A stretch of DNA of 64,000 bases from Bispira polyomma (taxonomy: Eukaryota). Made by a program: the position numbers and the translations under genes. Below the pieces are notes generated by a model. It saw only the letters and a program-made list of their open reading frames with translations. It was not told the DNA's origin and searched no databases. Of this stretch, positions 12,301 through 27,300 are shown piece by piece (position 1 is the first letter of the stretch; each line of letters opens with the position of its first letter). Location: positions 50,096,001-50,160,000 of the forward strand of contig OZ287751.1 of assembly GCA_965649765.1 (NCBI GenBank), given 5' to 3'.

Positions 12301-15300
12301 GGGGGTATGGGATATACCACACATGAGGGATTTGTAAACAGTGGTATATAACAGCCACTACAGATTTCACACAGTGCTAGTAAAACTTAATCAAACTCTA
12401 AGAAGTCATTATATCTTTGTGAATTAATATACAAGTGTGTTCATCCGGTTTTCTGCCACAATTTTTGGATATTGATAGAAAGGTTCAGCATCAGAAATGA
12501 TAAATCTGACATTTTTTTCTTACATTATATTTCACATCTACAAATATTTTTCTTGACAAAAATCGCCATCTTGAACTTCTTCCAGTCTAATACGCCACAG
12601 CCACTATCATAATTATTATGTTCATCACAGCTATTGTCATAAATTACAGATTTATTTTATCAACCTTCCCTCCTCAAACCTGTATCTATGGCATGGCGAT
12701 AGTTAGTGTATGAATACAGCCCCCCTAGAGATATTCGTTTCACACCTTATCTACCAGACAGCCTGTACCCTCAAAATTCACCTCTTGCTGTCTGTGTAGA
12801 TCCTGTGTTAAGGTACCCCTTACTCACCTCCTGAGCCTGCTGCCTGTGTAGATCGTGTGTTGAGGTACCCCTTACTCACCTCCTGAGCCTGCTGCCTGTG
12901 TAGATCCCATGTTATGTTATTCTGTACTCACCTCCTGAGCCTGCTGCCTGCGTAGATCCTGTGTTGAGGTACCCTGTACTCACCTCCTGAGCCTGCTGCC
13001 TGTGTAGATCCTGTATTAAGGTACCCTGTACTCACCTCCTGAGCTTGCTGCCTGCATAGATCCTGTGTTGAGGTACCCTGTACTCACCTCCTGAGCTTGC
13101 TGCCTGTGTAGGTCCTGTGTTGAGGGACCCTGTACTCACCTCCTGAGCCTGCTGCCTGTGTAGATCCTGTGCACTGTTGAGGTCCAGCCGTTGCTGCCGT
13201 GTCTTGTTCTCATACATGGCCACCTCGTCAGCCAGGGCGTGGTTCTGCTGGGCCATCCTGTCCAGCTCATTCCTCAGACTGACCACCTGCCTGGACTTGT
13301 CTGTTAACTCCTCTACCGTCTCTTTGTGGTTAGTCTGGAGAGACGTCAGCTGGACAATACACAACATTAGCAAAATGTACATACTTGTGTGATAAAGAGT
13401 CCACAAACTCAGAGAATGTTCACATGTCTGTGGAAATCTTGGGATATTGATAAAATAAAGTGCATAGTGCTTTACACAATAGATACTCTTTTATTAGAAC
13501 CTGTTTGAAGAGAAACTTTTGTTGAGGAAATAGACGGTTCATAAAATAGAAGAAATTTTTGAGAATGGAACTTAGTTGATGAAATCGAATTACCAGATAA
13601 CAGAAGTTTGGATACTAGAGGTTCGGTTGTACTTTTATTAGCCACTCTACTTTTAAGCCACAGAAGGCAGAATACTCTCACTAACTGAATCGATAGAGCT
13701 CATCAGTCCATAAATTTTTCAACGACCAATAGCTAAATCCATTTGTCTCTTTATTACTTATTTCTATTTCATTCCCACTGTGATAACCCATTCATTGTAC
13801 AGACTCCAATGAGTACAGTGACCTACCTGTGCCTTAAGATCAGTGACAGTCTGCTGGGTCTCCACTAGGTCCATGTGCGAGTTCTTGTATTGGATCTGAC
13901 TCTTCTCCAGCTGACCCTGGAGATGAGCAAGTGTCTCCTCATACTTGGCAATCTGAAAACAGTGACACACATACAGCAAGACACACAATATAAGTAACAA
14001 CTGGGTCACTTTGGTGTAAAAACTGAAAAACTATTGTACACAACAAACACTCAAAAATAGTATATACCCCCATATTTAAAATAACAGTATCGATTATTTT
14101 TTTTAAATATTGGAAATAGCATTTTAATTCATCACTACTTTAATTCAAGACTACTTGTCTCTTTAATTTTTTTTTATGGTATTATTTGTTGCATTTAATG
14201 TAACTCACATTTATTACTAATTTCACTGATATAAACAAAAATCTATAATATTAATATGTGTGTTTGAAGGGTTGAAAACTTTGGTATATTTTGGCACCAT
14301 CCTACTGAAGTTTGCCCATATTTAAGGTTTTTCCAACTGGCAAAGTTAAAATCTTGTGTGGTAAATTTTAGCATCCTTACTGTACCATGTATGCTACCCA
14401 CTACAACCAGCCCCTACCTCCTGTACATGGTGATTTGTACATCTTATTATTACAAGTTAACATCCTTACTGTACCTCTGTATGCTACCCACTATAGCCAG
14501 GCCCTACCTCCTGTATGTGGTGATTTGTACATGTTATTATTACAAGTTAACATCCTTACTGTACCTCTGTATGCTACCCACTATAATCAGGCCCTACCTC
14601 CTGTATGTGGTGATTTGTACATCTTATTATTACAAGTTAACATCCTTACTGTACCTCTGTATGCTACCCACTATAACCAGGCCCTACCTCCTGTATGTGG
14701 TGATTTGTACATCTTATAATTACAAGTTAACATCCTTACTGTACCTCTGTATGCTACCCACTATAGCCAGGCCCTACCTCCTGTATGTGGTGATTTGTAC
14801 ATTTTATTATTACACGTTAACATCCTTACTGTGTCACCCCATGTTACCCACTACAACCAGGCCCTACCTCCTGTATGTGGTGATTTGTACATCTTATTAT
14901 TACAAGTTAACATCCTTACTGTACCTCTGTATGCTACCCACTATAACCAGGCCCTACCTCCTGTATGTGGTGATTTGTACATCTTATTATTACAAGTTAA
15001 CATCCTTACTGTACCTCTGTATGCTACCCACTACAACCAGGCCCTACCTCCTGTATGTGGTGCTGGCTCTGTTTATGTGCTGTATCCAGATTCATTTTGG
15101 CCACTTTGAGCTGACCGTCCCTCTCTGCCAGGTCTTCTTTCACTGTCCTTAGACGGTTCTGCAGACTGTCATTCTCCTCGATCAGGCTAGCTAGTCTGTT
15201 GTCTCGCTCACGGATCTACAAACAAACACGTCCACATAGACAAGTCATCCAATTACAAAAGGAAATCTGTTCGATTTTAAAGACAATTTTTTTTTAAAGC

Positions 15301-18300
15301 TAATTGTAAAAGGGACTAACATGAAGTGTAGTTTTTACCTCTAATTTTAAACTGGTTGATCTTTCTCTAACTTTAGTAATTTTATTCTACAATCAACTAA
15401 ATCTTATCAATTCTGAAAGGTCAAACCTAAAACCTGAAAGATTCTCTCATTGACTAAAAATGAAATTGTTATTTATTTTTTCACATGAACTGTATGTCAT
15501 AATACTTCGGACAAAACTTTTGAAAAGTCCCAATGTTGGAACATATACACATAAAGAAGCAAACATTATGTACTAAAAAATATATTCAAGTTTTAATCTT
15601 TTGAGGAATGTGCCCATATCTCTGTCATGTACTCTCATGTTATTTCTCTAAACAAACACTTGCAACAAAAATATCAACAGAAAGCCTTAACTTACAGTCT
15701 ATCTACATTTCTTATACTAACAGATATACCTTAACTTTTTGATGGTAAACCAAATACCAAGATCTTCCCTCCTGTAACAATACATATACATATTATATAC
15801 ATGCAACTTGTAATACGACTAAAATCAAGACACAGGGAAATATGTTGTCCATCTATAAAAATTCTAACTTATACATGGCATAGACACCTTAGACAGTTCT
15901 GCCTATTACACTTCAGAACTCATACACGGTCCATATAGCGTACATAGTCCTGCATATTACATTTACATCTATTTTGATATGCATTCCTTACACTGTGGTT
16001 AGCATCACGCTCCTTTTTCTGTGAGTTATCCAGCTCCTCCTGGAACTCTGCCATGGCCTTGCGTGCAGTCAGTAGCTGTCTGTTGGTCTCCTGGTGGCGG
16101 TTACGCTCAGAGTTCAGTTCTTGTTGTAGCTGGGTCAGGATGTGATCTTGTTGATCAACCTGGAACAGTAAAAAACAAGGGTGATTTAACATCAGCAGTT
16201 GTCTTCTGCAACAATCTCAACTTCAACTTAGAGTCGCAGACTCGTATCTTACATCTTCCTCTTCCTGGTAAGAGGCAACATACATAGGATCTGCCTGCAT
16301 AGGATTTAAATCCATTGTTGAAAGCTTTTCTAAAATATACGGTCACGCGTTGTTTTAAAATAAAGGAGTGATACATAACCTTCATTTGAGTTAAAGTTTC
16401 TTTGGAGAATATTAATCTAAACAAAACACATTTTCAAGCACTTAAATGTCTGTATTGGGAGATTTAAGGTGCTATAGGCTAAGGAAATTAATTCTATGGC
16501 CATTAAACTGACACATTGTCTTAATATGGGATCACCAGAAACCTACAGTAATTACACCAAACACTATTATAGTAGCACAATAAATCTGGTTGTGTAAAAC
16601 TTATCAGTCTGATGTAAAAAGCCAAACTGCCCATGATCAATGTAATATTACTCTGTGCTACTGCCAGCATTACACTTACTTACATGCACTAGTAACTCAT
16701 TAAATAGTGATCTTTATAAGACTAGCTATAAACTTAAAAGCTAGTACTGATAAAGACTTAAAATTATCAAATCACAAATTCTCTCTCTTTTTACAACATT
16801 CACTTTATGCGTGTCTTGTTAGACATAGTTACCTGTTGTTTCTCTTAAGATTACCTATTAAGTCTATCTCTTTATTACACTAATTAGCCTGTTCTCTACC
16901 TGGTCAGTGAGTAACTTGTTCTGGTCTCTGGCCCCATCCAGTTCACACTCCATCTTACCAGCCTGCTGTTTATAAGACATTCCCTCCTGGATGGCTGTGT
17001 GTGTCTCTTCTTTGGCTTGTAAAAGGTCTCGCCTTAGCTTCTCTACAATACAATACTTAATGGAAGTTTTCTTCTACTACATCTACTGTAATACAATACC
17101 ATAGTTGTATCATGGCAATTCTACTATAAACAAAACTCTTTGAATCCTAACTTACCGTTCACCCAAAATATTTACTACCCAATAGAAAAATATCTCAAAT
17201 TAGTCAATTGTAATTGTAATTAGACGTTTATAGCGCTTAATCTCCCCTTAATGAAGGAGACTCTAAGGCGCAACAGAGCAAAAGACAGTAATCCAATTTC
17301 CAATATCAAGGGACAGAAAAAGGGTCACCACCACAGAGCGCACCGGGGGATGATTGAGACTAAGGTGTACAAGTGGGTTTTAAGCTGCTTTCTAAAGGAG
17401 GTTAGTGAGGGGGAAGCACGAATCGCATCAGGAAGAGCATTCCAAACAATGGGAGCATCAAAAGCAAAGCTGTGACCAAACTGTTTAACTGACTTTTGAG
17501 TAGACGGTTGCAACTTTGGAACTACAAGGATATTGCTACCACTCTAACTGCGTCTGGTATTATAGGAACTACTGTAAGAGGAAAGATATGGGGCAAAATA
17601 CCTTGGAAACCCAGTGTGAAGGAACAAATGTAGCTGTTTTAAACACTGAACGTTGTTCAACAGGGAGCCAATGCAATTTCTTAAGAACAGGAGTTATACT
17701 GGTGTATCGACTAGTATTTGACACAATTCTAGCTGCACTATTTTGAATGCATTGTAATTTACATATATTAAACTTTGAGAGACTCCTGAAAAGTGAATTG
17801 CAGTAATCCAGTCTACTACTGACAAAGGCATTGGCCACAAGTATCGAAGCATCATAAGTGAGAAACCGCCTGACACGTCCAAAGTCCTGGAGTTGCACCT
17901 AACAAATGTTAAACTTAAATAATTTACATGATATTATACATTTAAAAGGGGATAAGAATGACCAGCCTCGAGAATCAGCAAAGCTGGTCGCTTGTAGCAG
18001 AGGTTGGTCATCTTATAAAATATTCCTTATTTACCACTTCTCACAAAAAGGGGAAATATGGGAAAATCCTTCTGTAATCAAATGTTTTTGCAAAAAGGGG
18101 AAATATGGGATAGTCCTACAAATATTTAGCTGTTGCCGAAGCCATTTTCAGGCAATTGTGGTTGTTGGTCAGAATTAACAAGTGGTTCTTTTGAACTAAA
18201 AGGTCAATTTTAATTTTAAAATCGTGGGCAGGTTACATAATGGTCACATCTCATGAGTGCTGGTCATGTTCAACTTTGACTGTATTAAAGCTGGCTGCAC

Positions 18301-21300
18301 ATATCTTTAACCAATGTTATTTTTAACATAAACACTTACCTATGGAGTCCTTCTGGTCATTTATCTCATCCTCATAAGAAGCACACCTCTCCCTCATGGT
18401 CTTGAGTTCAGTCTGTAGTTTACGTGCTGTCTGTTCCAGTTTGACCACTTCAGACACCCTCTGACTGAGCTGCTCCTGTGTGGTGGTCAGACTCTGCTCC
18501 ATAATTACCAGCTTCTCCTCATGGTGGGCAAGCTGTCAAAACACACCAAACTGGGTCAAATGAGAAGGACGAGCTGTCAAAACACACCAAACTGGATCAA
18601 TAAAAAGGGCAAGCTGTCAAAACACACCAACCTGGGTCAATGAAAAGGGCAAGCTGTCAAAACACACCAAACTGGATCAATGAAAAGGGCAACTTGTCAA
18701 AACACACCAAACTGGGTCAATGAGAAGGGCAAGCTGTCAAAACACACCAAACTGGGTCAATGAAAAGGGCAACTTGTCAAAACACACCAAACTGGGTCAA
18801 TGAGAAGGGCAAGCTGTCAAAACACACCAAACTGGGTCAATGAGAAGGGCAAGCTGTCAAAACACACCAAACTGGGTCAATGAAAAGGAGAAGCTGTCAA
18901 AATACACTAAACTGGGTCAATGAGAAGGGCAAGCCGTTAAAACACACCAAACTGGGTCAATGAGGGCAAGCCGTTAAAACACACCAAACTGGGTCAACTA
19001 GTGTCCAAGGTAAATATTAAATACTGTCAATCTGTAATATTCACACGCAATTATGTTTAAGATGTTGGATGCATTGTAGGCACAATTTTTGGTATTAATT
19101 GAAAAGGGGGGCTCTGAAAACAGTCAAAGTGACATTATTTTCAGAAGTTAGACTCGACAAAAAATCACCATCTAAAACTTCTGCTACTGTAATACATTAC
19201 AGTAACATCATAATTTTACGTCTTTATGATGTCAGCTTCGAATCAAACCCTTGCTTGCTGGCACGAGCAAATGATGGGTAAAATATAGTACAAGAGGACA
19301 CTTTCCCTCACAATCGAATTATTTGTTTTACAGGGAACATATGCACACTATTTGGATCTGAATGACAACTAAAACTGAATTTGATGGATCTAGGCTTTAC
19401 TTCACCTTTTTTGTTTATTATCAAGAGCAGCCTGATGTTTTCATTCTGGGCACCACCATCTTAGAAACAATAAGTAAGGCCTTAGCAAGATCATGCCCAC
19501 ATGATTTTAAAGCCAAGATCATAGCTGCAAGATCAAAATGAGATGAAACTATTATGTTTCACATCTACATTCCTCAGTAAATACACATAGTGCACATATT
19601 GGGGTTTCAAGGCCATTCTACCAAAATCAAAGTAAGGTCATACAAAGATATTGCACTACAAGCCCTGACAAAATTTTCATCATTATATTTGCATTAAAAC
19701 CTTTTCAGTGATAATTCCTCAATCAAGGGTCAAAATCAGGTCAGATTATGACATTTGCACAAATACCTATACCAATAAGAACCCGCTTTGATAAGTAGGA
19801 AGTAGTTACTGAGAGATCAGGAAGACAAAACTTACAAGTCAAGGTCATTACTGCAAGGTCAAATGAAATTGGACTATAACTTTACACAATTATATCACAT
19901 ATTTGGATTTTAAAGAAATGTCATTCCTCCAAAGTCAAAGTGAATCCAGGTAGTGACACTACACATTAAAATGTCATACCAAATATGAATTTCTGGAAAA
20001 CATTTTCCGGATAAAGGTCATAGCTTTAAGATCAAAATGAGGACAGACCATGACAATGCACAACTGTATCTCTCATGAATAATTGAGAATATAAACCTCC
20101 TTTGACAAGTAAGAAGTAGCTTAACCACGCCTTATTGATGCAAGACATCTTCTAAAGTGCAATAAGAGAATCAACTAACGAATAGAGAAGTCCAAAAAAT
20201 ATAGCCTAGGTCATACGAATGTGGGGTGTACAGGGAGGGAATTGTATGGTTAAACATGTTTAAAAAGACAGGTTTTAAGCTTTTTCCTGAACCCAGAAAG
20301 TGTTTGTAGTAATGTAAACTCAATAGGGAGACTATTCCATAACATATAGGCAATTGAGAAAGCTATAGATCCAGCCATCTTGGTCGGTTTTAAAGAGGAA
20401 GTCTGTTTTCCCTCTTTAGGTTACTGAAGGAAAGACGAATAGCAAAGTGGGAGGGCAGTTGAGAGTGGTGACATCAATTTTAAACAAAATTTCATAATGA
20501 ATAAGCCAATGTAATTATTTCAGGTATGAAGAGACATCAGTACGGATGCCTAGACGAAAAATGACCCAAAAAAAGAAGGGGATTGCAGTAGTCAAGAGGG
20601 CTACTTACAAGGGGGTTAGCCACAGTAATAGCAGTATTTAGTGAGAAGTGATTTCACATTTTTTTTATATCACAAATGTGATAGTAAAAGGAGTGGCAAA
20701 TATTACTGATGCAGGTATAAAAAGAGAAAGCAGACTCAATAGTTACACCAAGGTTTTGGATGTTGTTAGAAGCCTGTATATCTTTGTCCATTTGTACAAT
20801 GGGGAATACTGATCTAAAGTACTCACAGTGTTTCTTGCTACAAATCAGAATATTTCGTCAGGATTAAATTTAAATTAATTAATCCAAGCCTGGACAAAGA
20901 GAAAGTCAGTAAGTAGACCAAGATTTTTGTGGTCATGGTGAGGGTTAAGTGAAAGATAGATTTGAGTGCCATAAGCAGATTTACATGTGGTGTTTAACAT
21001 AGTGATTACTGATAACTGGGCTGAGAGGTTGTGTGTAGAGGGCCGACTCCTGAAGTACTCTGAAACAGCTTTTCTAATCAGAAACCGAGACGAAGCTGAG
21101 GTTGGAGACTGGTTTATAACATTTCACCTTACTTTTGTTAAGCCCTGATTTTTTCAGGTGGAAAGCAACACAAGCAGTTTTGAAACAAGAGGGCAAAATA
21201 CTATCCCTAAGTGAAAAATTCATAATGTTGGTAATTGGAGTGATAGGATGTTCAGGCATTCCCTCAGAATACTGGCAGGGATATGATCCAGTTTGCAGGA

Positions 21301-24300
21301 TTTGATAGAAAAGGATTTTAGGAGTTTGACATCATTCTCAGAAAGTGGAACGAGATTAAATTAGAGACTTTGTAGCCCGGGGATGGTGGGCAGTACCGAG
21401 ACATTGTTGAAAAGCCATCGTGGATTATTTTCTAAACAAAGAATTTTCCAAATTTATCTGTCAAAATGCGAGCTTCAGTGGAGTATTGAAAGGAGCTGTC
21501 GGGTACTAAAATCTTCCTTGTTTGGAATAGACTTCATGAACTAATTGTCATAGGAAGTTCATAGTCCGGATAGTGTCACCATTCCAAGGTCAAAGTGAAA
21601 TAATATCACAATCATACACAATAAACAAGAAATTGATAACATATATAGCACTTTATTAGTAACAGAAGCATAACACAAAAGAAATGAAATGAAGACATAA
21701 GAAATGAAATAAAGCAAAGAAGTGAAACAGGAATGTACAACATTGACATGATAGGTACGCTAAACAAATCCACAATCTTGTAACAACATGTAACTCAACT
21801 AAATCAGTGCAGAGAACCTTTAAACAAGCTTGTAAAAACATTCTGTTTGTTCTAGCTCCAAGTACAAGTTCATTTACATGCAGTTGCCATTTTAACCTAA
21901 GACAACAATTACAAGTGAATTTATTTTTCAAAAAAAACAGAAAGAGTGCACAAATCATATCAGAATAATGAAAATCAACAAAGAAAGAAACAGATCATTG
22001 CTACAGTGAATTTGAAAGAAAATTAATGACACATGCACTACATAAAAGTAGAAGAAAGGAACAAATGGGTAACAAAAATATAGGTGAGACACTGAGAAAT
22101 TGTTTTGATTGCTCTAAACTTAATTTCCATTATGTTTTTATTTTTGAAGAAAAAAATTATTACTCAATTTTGTTGCACAAGCTTTGTACTATTCCCGTAC
22201 TTTTAATAAAGCTGACAATAAATTCTTGATAACCTTATTACAATCAAAACAGTTTCCTCAGTGTTATATACTACTTTTATAATATTAGTCTGTATCAAAT
22301 GGTGTGTTAAACTACAAAAACATGCCATCATAAAAATAGCAGCAACATTTAAAGACATCTCCAGCAATCATCATCATGTCTGTGAGGTACCAGTGTAATA
22401 CTTGTAATAATGGCAAAGCTCGTCTTGGAATGCTTAGTATTAGCATTGGGGGACAGCAAACTTCAAGTCCATGCCAAAACACCAATCAGAGTGTTTCAAC
22501 ATTCTGTACATTTAAACAACAATACAGTAAAGTTAAAGTTTAGACATAAACAGTTAACAAGGGATTCTAGCCTGTGTCAACACCATAGTAGATCAATGAA
22601 TGACCTAAACGAACCATTCTGCAACTTAGACATTTGGCACTGTACCAATACACTAATAATAATATGCCATTTCTGTACTGACTGTGATTTAACAATACTA
22701 ACAGTATTAGAGATAAGTTCCTATCCATTTACAGGTACCAAATATGAATAGTCCACAGTGGTTCTACCATGCTAGTCTGACATATGCCTAAATGAATCAA
22801 ATTTGATCAATATATCACCATAGTATATATAGTCTTTTATTGTGATATAACGATGACCTTGGAATGTCAGTAATCAATCAGCTCACTTCAGTCTATATTG
22901 ACCTAATCTTTGTGAACCTCAGCTTCTTTTTGTTGTTTTACTTTGACCATAACCGTAAGAGATATTTCACCTTGATCTCAAGTCATTGTCATATTTCACC
23001 TTGATCTCAAGTCATTGTCATATTTCACCTTGATCTCAAGTCATTGTCATATTTCACCTTGATCTCAAGTCATTGTCATATTTCACCTTGATCTCAGCCT
23101 TTTAGTGATGTTTCACCTTGACCTCAGCCTTTTAGTGGTGTTTCACTGTGACCTTGGGTTTTTTCTACCCTGTTTACCGATGTACCACCCTTGGGGTGTG
23201 TAACCTCAGATACAGTAGTGCTGTTTGGCCAGTTGTCTGGCAGTAATACGGGGGTTTATAAAGCAGACTACCTCTTGTGCAGCCTCTTTGTACTGTGACC
23301 TTGCCTCCTGGAGCTCAGTCCTCAGATGATCACACTCAGAGTTCAGCTCACTGATCTGACTCTCATTCTGACGGATGTCCTTCTGCAGGGAGCTCACTTC
23401 AAGCTGAAATCACAAACAACAAATTTATCATACCGACAAGAAACACACATGCTGTATTATCAATAAACAAGTTTGCCATACTGTTTTGTACCTTGCTTTC
23501 TTGCCATTCTATCTGGCAACATTCTATCTTAGAACAAAACATATAAACTTATACAACACAAAATTTTAAGAGACAAACTATTTAACTGATATTATTAATT
23601 ACTGCTACATCAGTATGCATTTACATGTGTTAATGGCATATAAACTCATAGAATACAAATATTTTAAGCAAAACTCCTCTATTCTTAGTTTATAAAATCT
23701 AAAGCTATAATAACTGCTGCCTCTTCTTTTAAAAACCATTACAACTTGAATACATTGAAGATACTCCTGTCACACCTACCTTGAGATCTTTGAGGTTGTG
23801 TTCTAGTTTTTCAATGTCGTCACTCTTGGTGATGTTTTCCTGTTGAGTTAGGCGTAGCTCTGCCTCTGCCTTGGCTAGGTCGTCTATCTTCCTGCCCAGG
23901 TCTCCCTCCAGGTGGCGTGCCTGGGACTTGGTCTTGGACAACTCCTGCTCCATGTTCTTCAGTGCGTCCTGTAGCTTGACACACTCTGTCTTGTGCTTCT
24001 GGTGAGAGGAGGCAAGGTTCAGCTGGAGTTGCTGTAAGGTGCCTTCTAGCCGGGAGATCTGTGCAAAACAAAGTGTATCAATTATAGAGCTTCTGAAGAC
24101 ATGTGTACTTCCTCAAATTTTGAACCAATATTAGTCATTGTACACAACTGTAGCTGTTTAGCAGCCTTGTTCAGTAGAACCTCTATTTTCTAAACATGTT
24201 GTTAGAGCAAGATTTTGATAATTAAAGGTTAATAAATAGAAAGAGCCTTTTTATATCCTATTCATATTGAATAGCAAAAGCAGAATTAAATATGACAAGA

Positions 24301-27300
24301 TAACTTATATTTTTTGTTACTAAATGAACTAGAAACATTACAGCAACAAGTTTAGTGTGTCAGAGAGTTGAGTGAGTGTACGTACCTCTTTCTCACAGGT
24401 ACTCTTTGCCTCTCTGATGTCTGCCAGTTGGTTCTTCATGTCATTGATGGTGTCCTGGTACTCCTGTAACTGTCTGTTCTTGTGTGAGATCTCAGCACGC
24501 GCCTCCTCCAGGGAGAACTCCAGACTACGCAGACACTCCTCCTGGTCCCGGAACTGGTGGTTGTAAAAGGCACAGTAGTAAGACATTGTTAAAACATGTA
24601 TGATATACAGTGTTACCACACTCACTGGTTGTAAAAGGCACAGTAGTAAGGCATTGTTAGAACATGTATGATATACAGCGTTAACCAGCACACATTACCA
24701 CGGCATTTATAGAACATGTAGGTGTGGTATACAGATTAACCAACACACATTACCACACTTGGTGCTTGTAAAAGGTAGAATAGTAAGGTATTATGTTATA
24801 TGTCACAATTATCCACCTTAGAATTGTCACTGATTATCCTATCATTTACTGGAATCAATTGTCTGAAACCTTTGGTAAAATTTATCCTTTATATTCTTTA
24901 ATGCTGGTTTGTTAGTTGTACAAATAACCAGTCCCAAACATGGTCAAATTGTAATTCTACTACTCCACCTAAAGTGAAAAAACATTTTGAACTGTTATTT
25001 AAAATCTGTAATCCAGGTACACTGAATCACATTGAAACTTATGCCAAATACAACTTAAATATCAACAGTAGTTTTATAATTAAGTTTAGTATTTTTAAAA
25101 TTTAATAATAAGTAACCAAATGTTAAAATTAAGGTGGTCTTGGTATTGGAGACTGATAATTGACAGCGTAGACTAATGATATTACTTTTAAAACCAACTT
25201 GATAAAGACTAACTCAATAGTGAGTCTGGTCTTTGCAGTAGAGTTTTATGGTGGCATCATTGATAACAATGACATGTAGAAGTAAGAAGCCTCTCTAATC
25301 TTATCTATCACTGCTACATCCCACTGTAATATAGAGCAATAAAGTTCACTGTACTACCTCCAAAACTAGCACAGGCCCTAGTCATAATGGAATGGTTGAA
25401 GTTCAGAGACTTCAGCAATGCAAATATTTATATTCTGAAACACTGGAACTAATAAAAACCTAACCCAAGTTCTTACAGCTTGTACGATTGCTTAGGTACA
25501 TGTATTTATTCAGACGCCAAAAGTCCAACCTACACACAAATACTTTTATTACAAAAAAACAACAAAAAAAATTGAAAAAGGCATGCAAATATCGTAAATA
25601 ATACTAACCTCTTTATTGGTGTGTGAGTGGTTTTCTTGGTAATTCAAATAGTCCCTTTGACACCTTTTAACCTGATCTTCATAGCTTATAACCTACAATG
25701 AAACCATATAATTATTATTAATTTTGAGATTTACTAGATTGCTTGCTTAGAGAACAACTAATGGAAATGTCTATTACAATACATATACAGCAAAACAACC
25801 TTTTATAATAAATAATACCAAGCATTCTTTATTTACATTTTTTATCTTGAATGGAAAATATAAACAAGTTAAAGCATGCAGATAAGCACTGACACAACAT
25901 GCATTTGTATGCTTAGTAATATATGTAAAGTGAACCCCATGCTTGAACATGTGTACTTTTTGGGTTATATAAATAGTAATGGTATAACTGTGTGTTAAAT
26001 GCAGAACCAAGCATAACGTAAAGAAACCAGCAATCAAAGTTTATTTCATGTTATGGGCGGCAAGCTTTTTAAAATTCATTTACCAGTTTTTTTACTGACC
26101 TCCACGGAACTGCAGTGCATAGTTAACAAAACAAAAATTTAACCATCAGTAATATCAATATCAACAGTAAAAAGGATCATTTAACTAGTAAAAAAAGAGT
26201 CATTATATGAAACCAACTATCTGTACTTAAACTCGCAAAGGCTTTTTAAAATACATGTCTACATATGACTAAGTTAAAACCTCAGCCAATTGGCTGGCTT
26301 GACACAAGTTCTGACAGCTAATGAGAGGGTGTGTAAGAGACTCGCCTCTTGCTGTAGTAGTTCTGTCTGCTCTTTGTACTTCTCTATAGCACTCTCACAA
26401 AGGATGACTCTATCCTGAGCCTTGGCCAGGTCATCCTGGGTGGTGTTCAATTCATGGGTCAGCTGTTCTATAACATCCTCGGCCCGACTCAGGTTCTGGG
26501 TTTTCTCCTCAAACAGACCCTGTATGTGAGATAGCTCTCCACGCAAGTGGACACACTCATCTACACGCTCAGCCTCCTACACAGACAAACATAGGGAAAC
26601 AGTTAAGTACTAAACACTACACAAATATAGTCAACAATAAGTAATACCAATTATCATGCTATCCCAAAACCACTACTATCCAAAGTTATCTTATCTGAAT
26701 ATGTGATTTCATTGACTCAATTTTAACATTCAGACTTTCTAATTCATTGAAATAATCAAACATGTGCTCTGAATAAATAAACTTTCTACAAATCTATTAA
26801 ACCTGAACAAAGTATTGGGAAAATCACAATGTATCTAATTCTGATCTCCATTAAAAGCCCTTTGCCCTTGTGCTCACCTTGACCTTGGAGTCAGCCAGTG
26901 TCTCCTCCAGTCTGGACAGTGCCCCCTCCATATGGGAGAGCTGATCCATGGTGTCCTGGTATTTCATCTTGTACTCATCCAGACTCTTCTGCTGTCTGCA
27001 CATGGTGTCCTGGTTCTGCTCTAACTGGCCCTCCAGGATGATGATCTGCTGCCGGCTCTCAGCCATCAGGCGGTCCTGTGTCTGCAGCTCATCCCCTCGC
27101 TTGTTGACCTAGAGTAGACAGATGGGAGATTACAGTACTAACACAATAGACAGATGGGAGATTACAGTACTAACACAATAGACAGATGGGAGTTTACAGT
27201 ACTAATACAATATACAGTGAATTACTCTCTTTAGACAGACTAATCAGCACAGACTTTGAGCATGTTACACTTATAGTAGACAGATGGTAGATTACAGTAC

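Noticed and set aside
14358-15152. 264-aa repetitive plus-strand ORF and companions
   Set aside because: They come from the 90-bp array and the antisense of exon 22.
19290-20150. Region rich in aaggtca/ggtcaa motifs, possibly an old interspersed repeat or nuclear-receptor sites
   Set aside because: Too degenerate to classify or delimit by eye.
21656-21958. 100-aa Phe/Leu/Cys-rich ORF and a possible acceptor at 21897
   Set aside because: Low-complexity T-rich intron sequence; the phase-0 frame after the acceptor stops within nine codons and no compatible donor was found.
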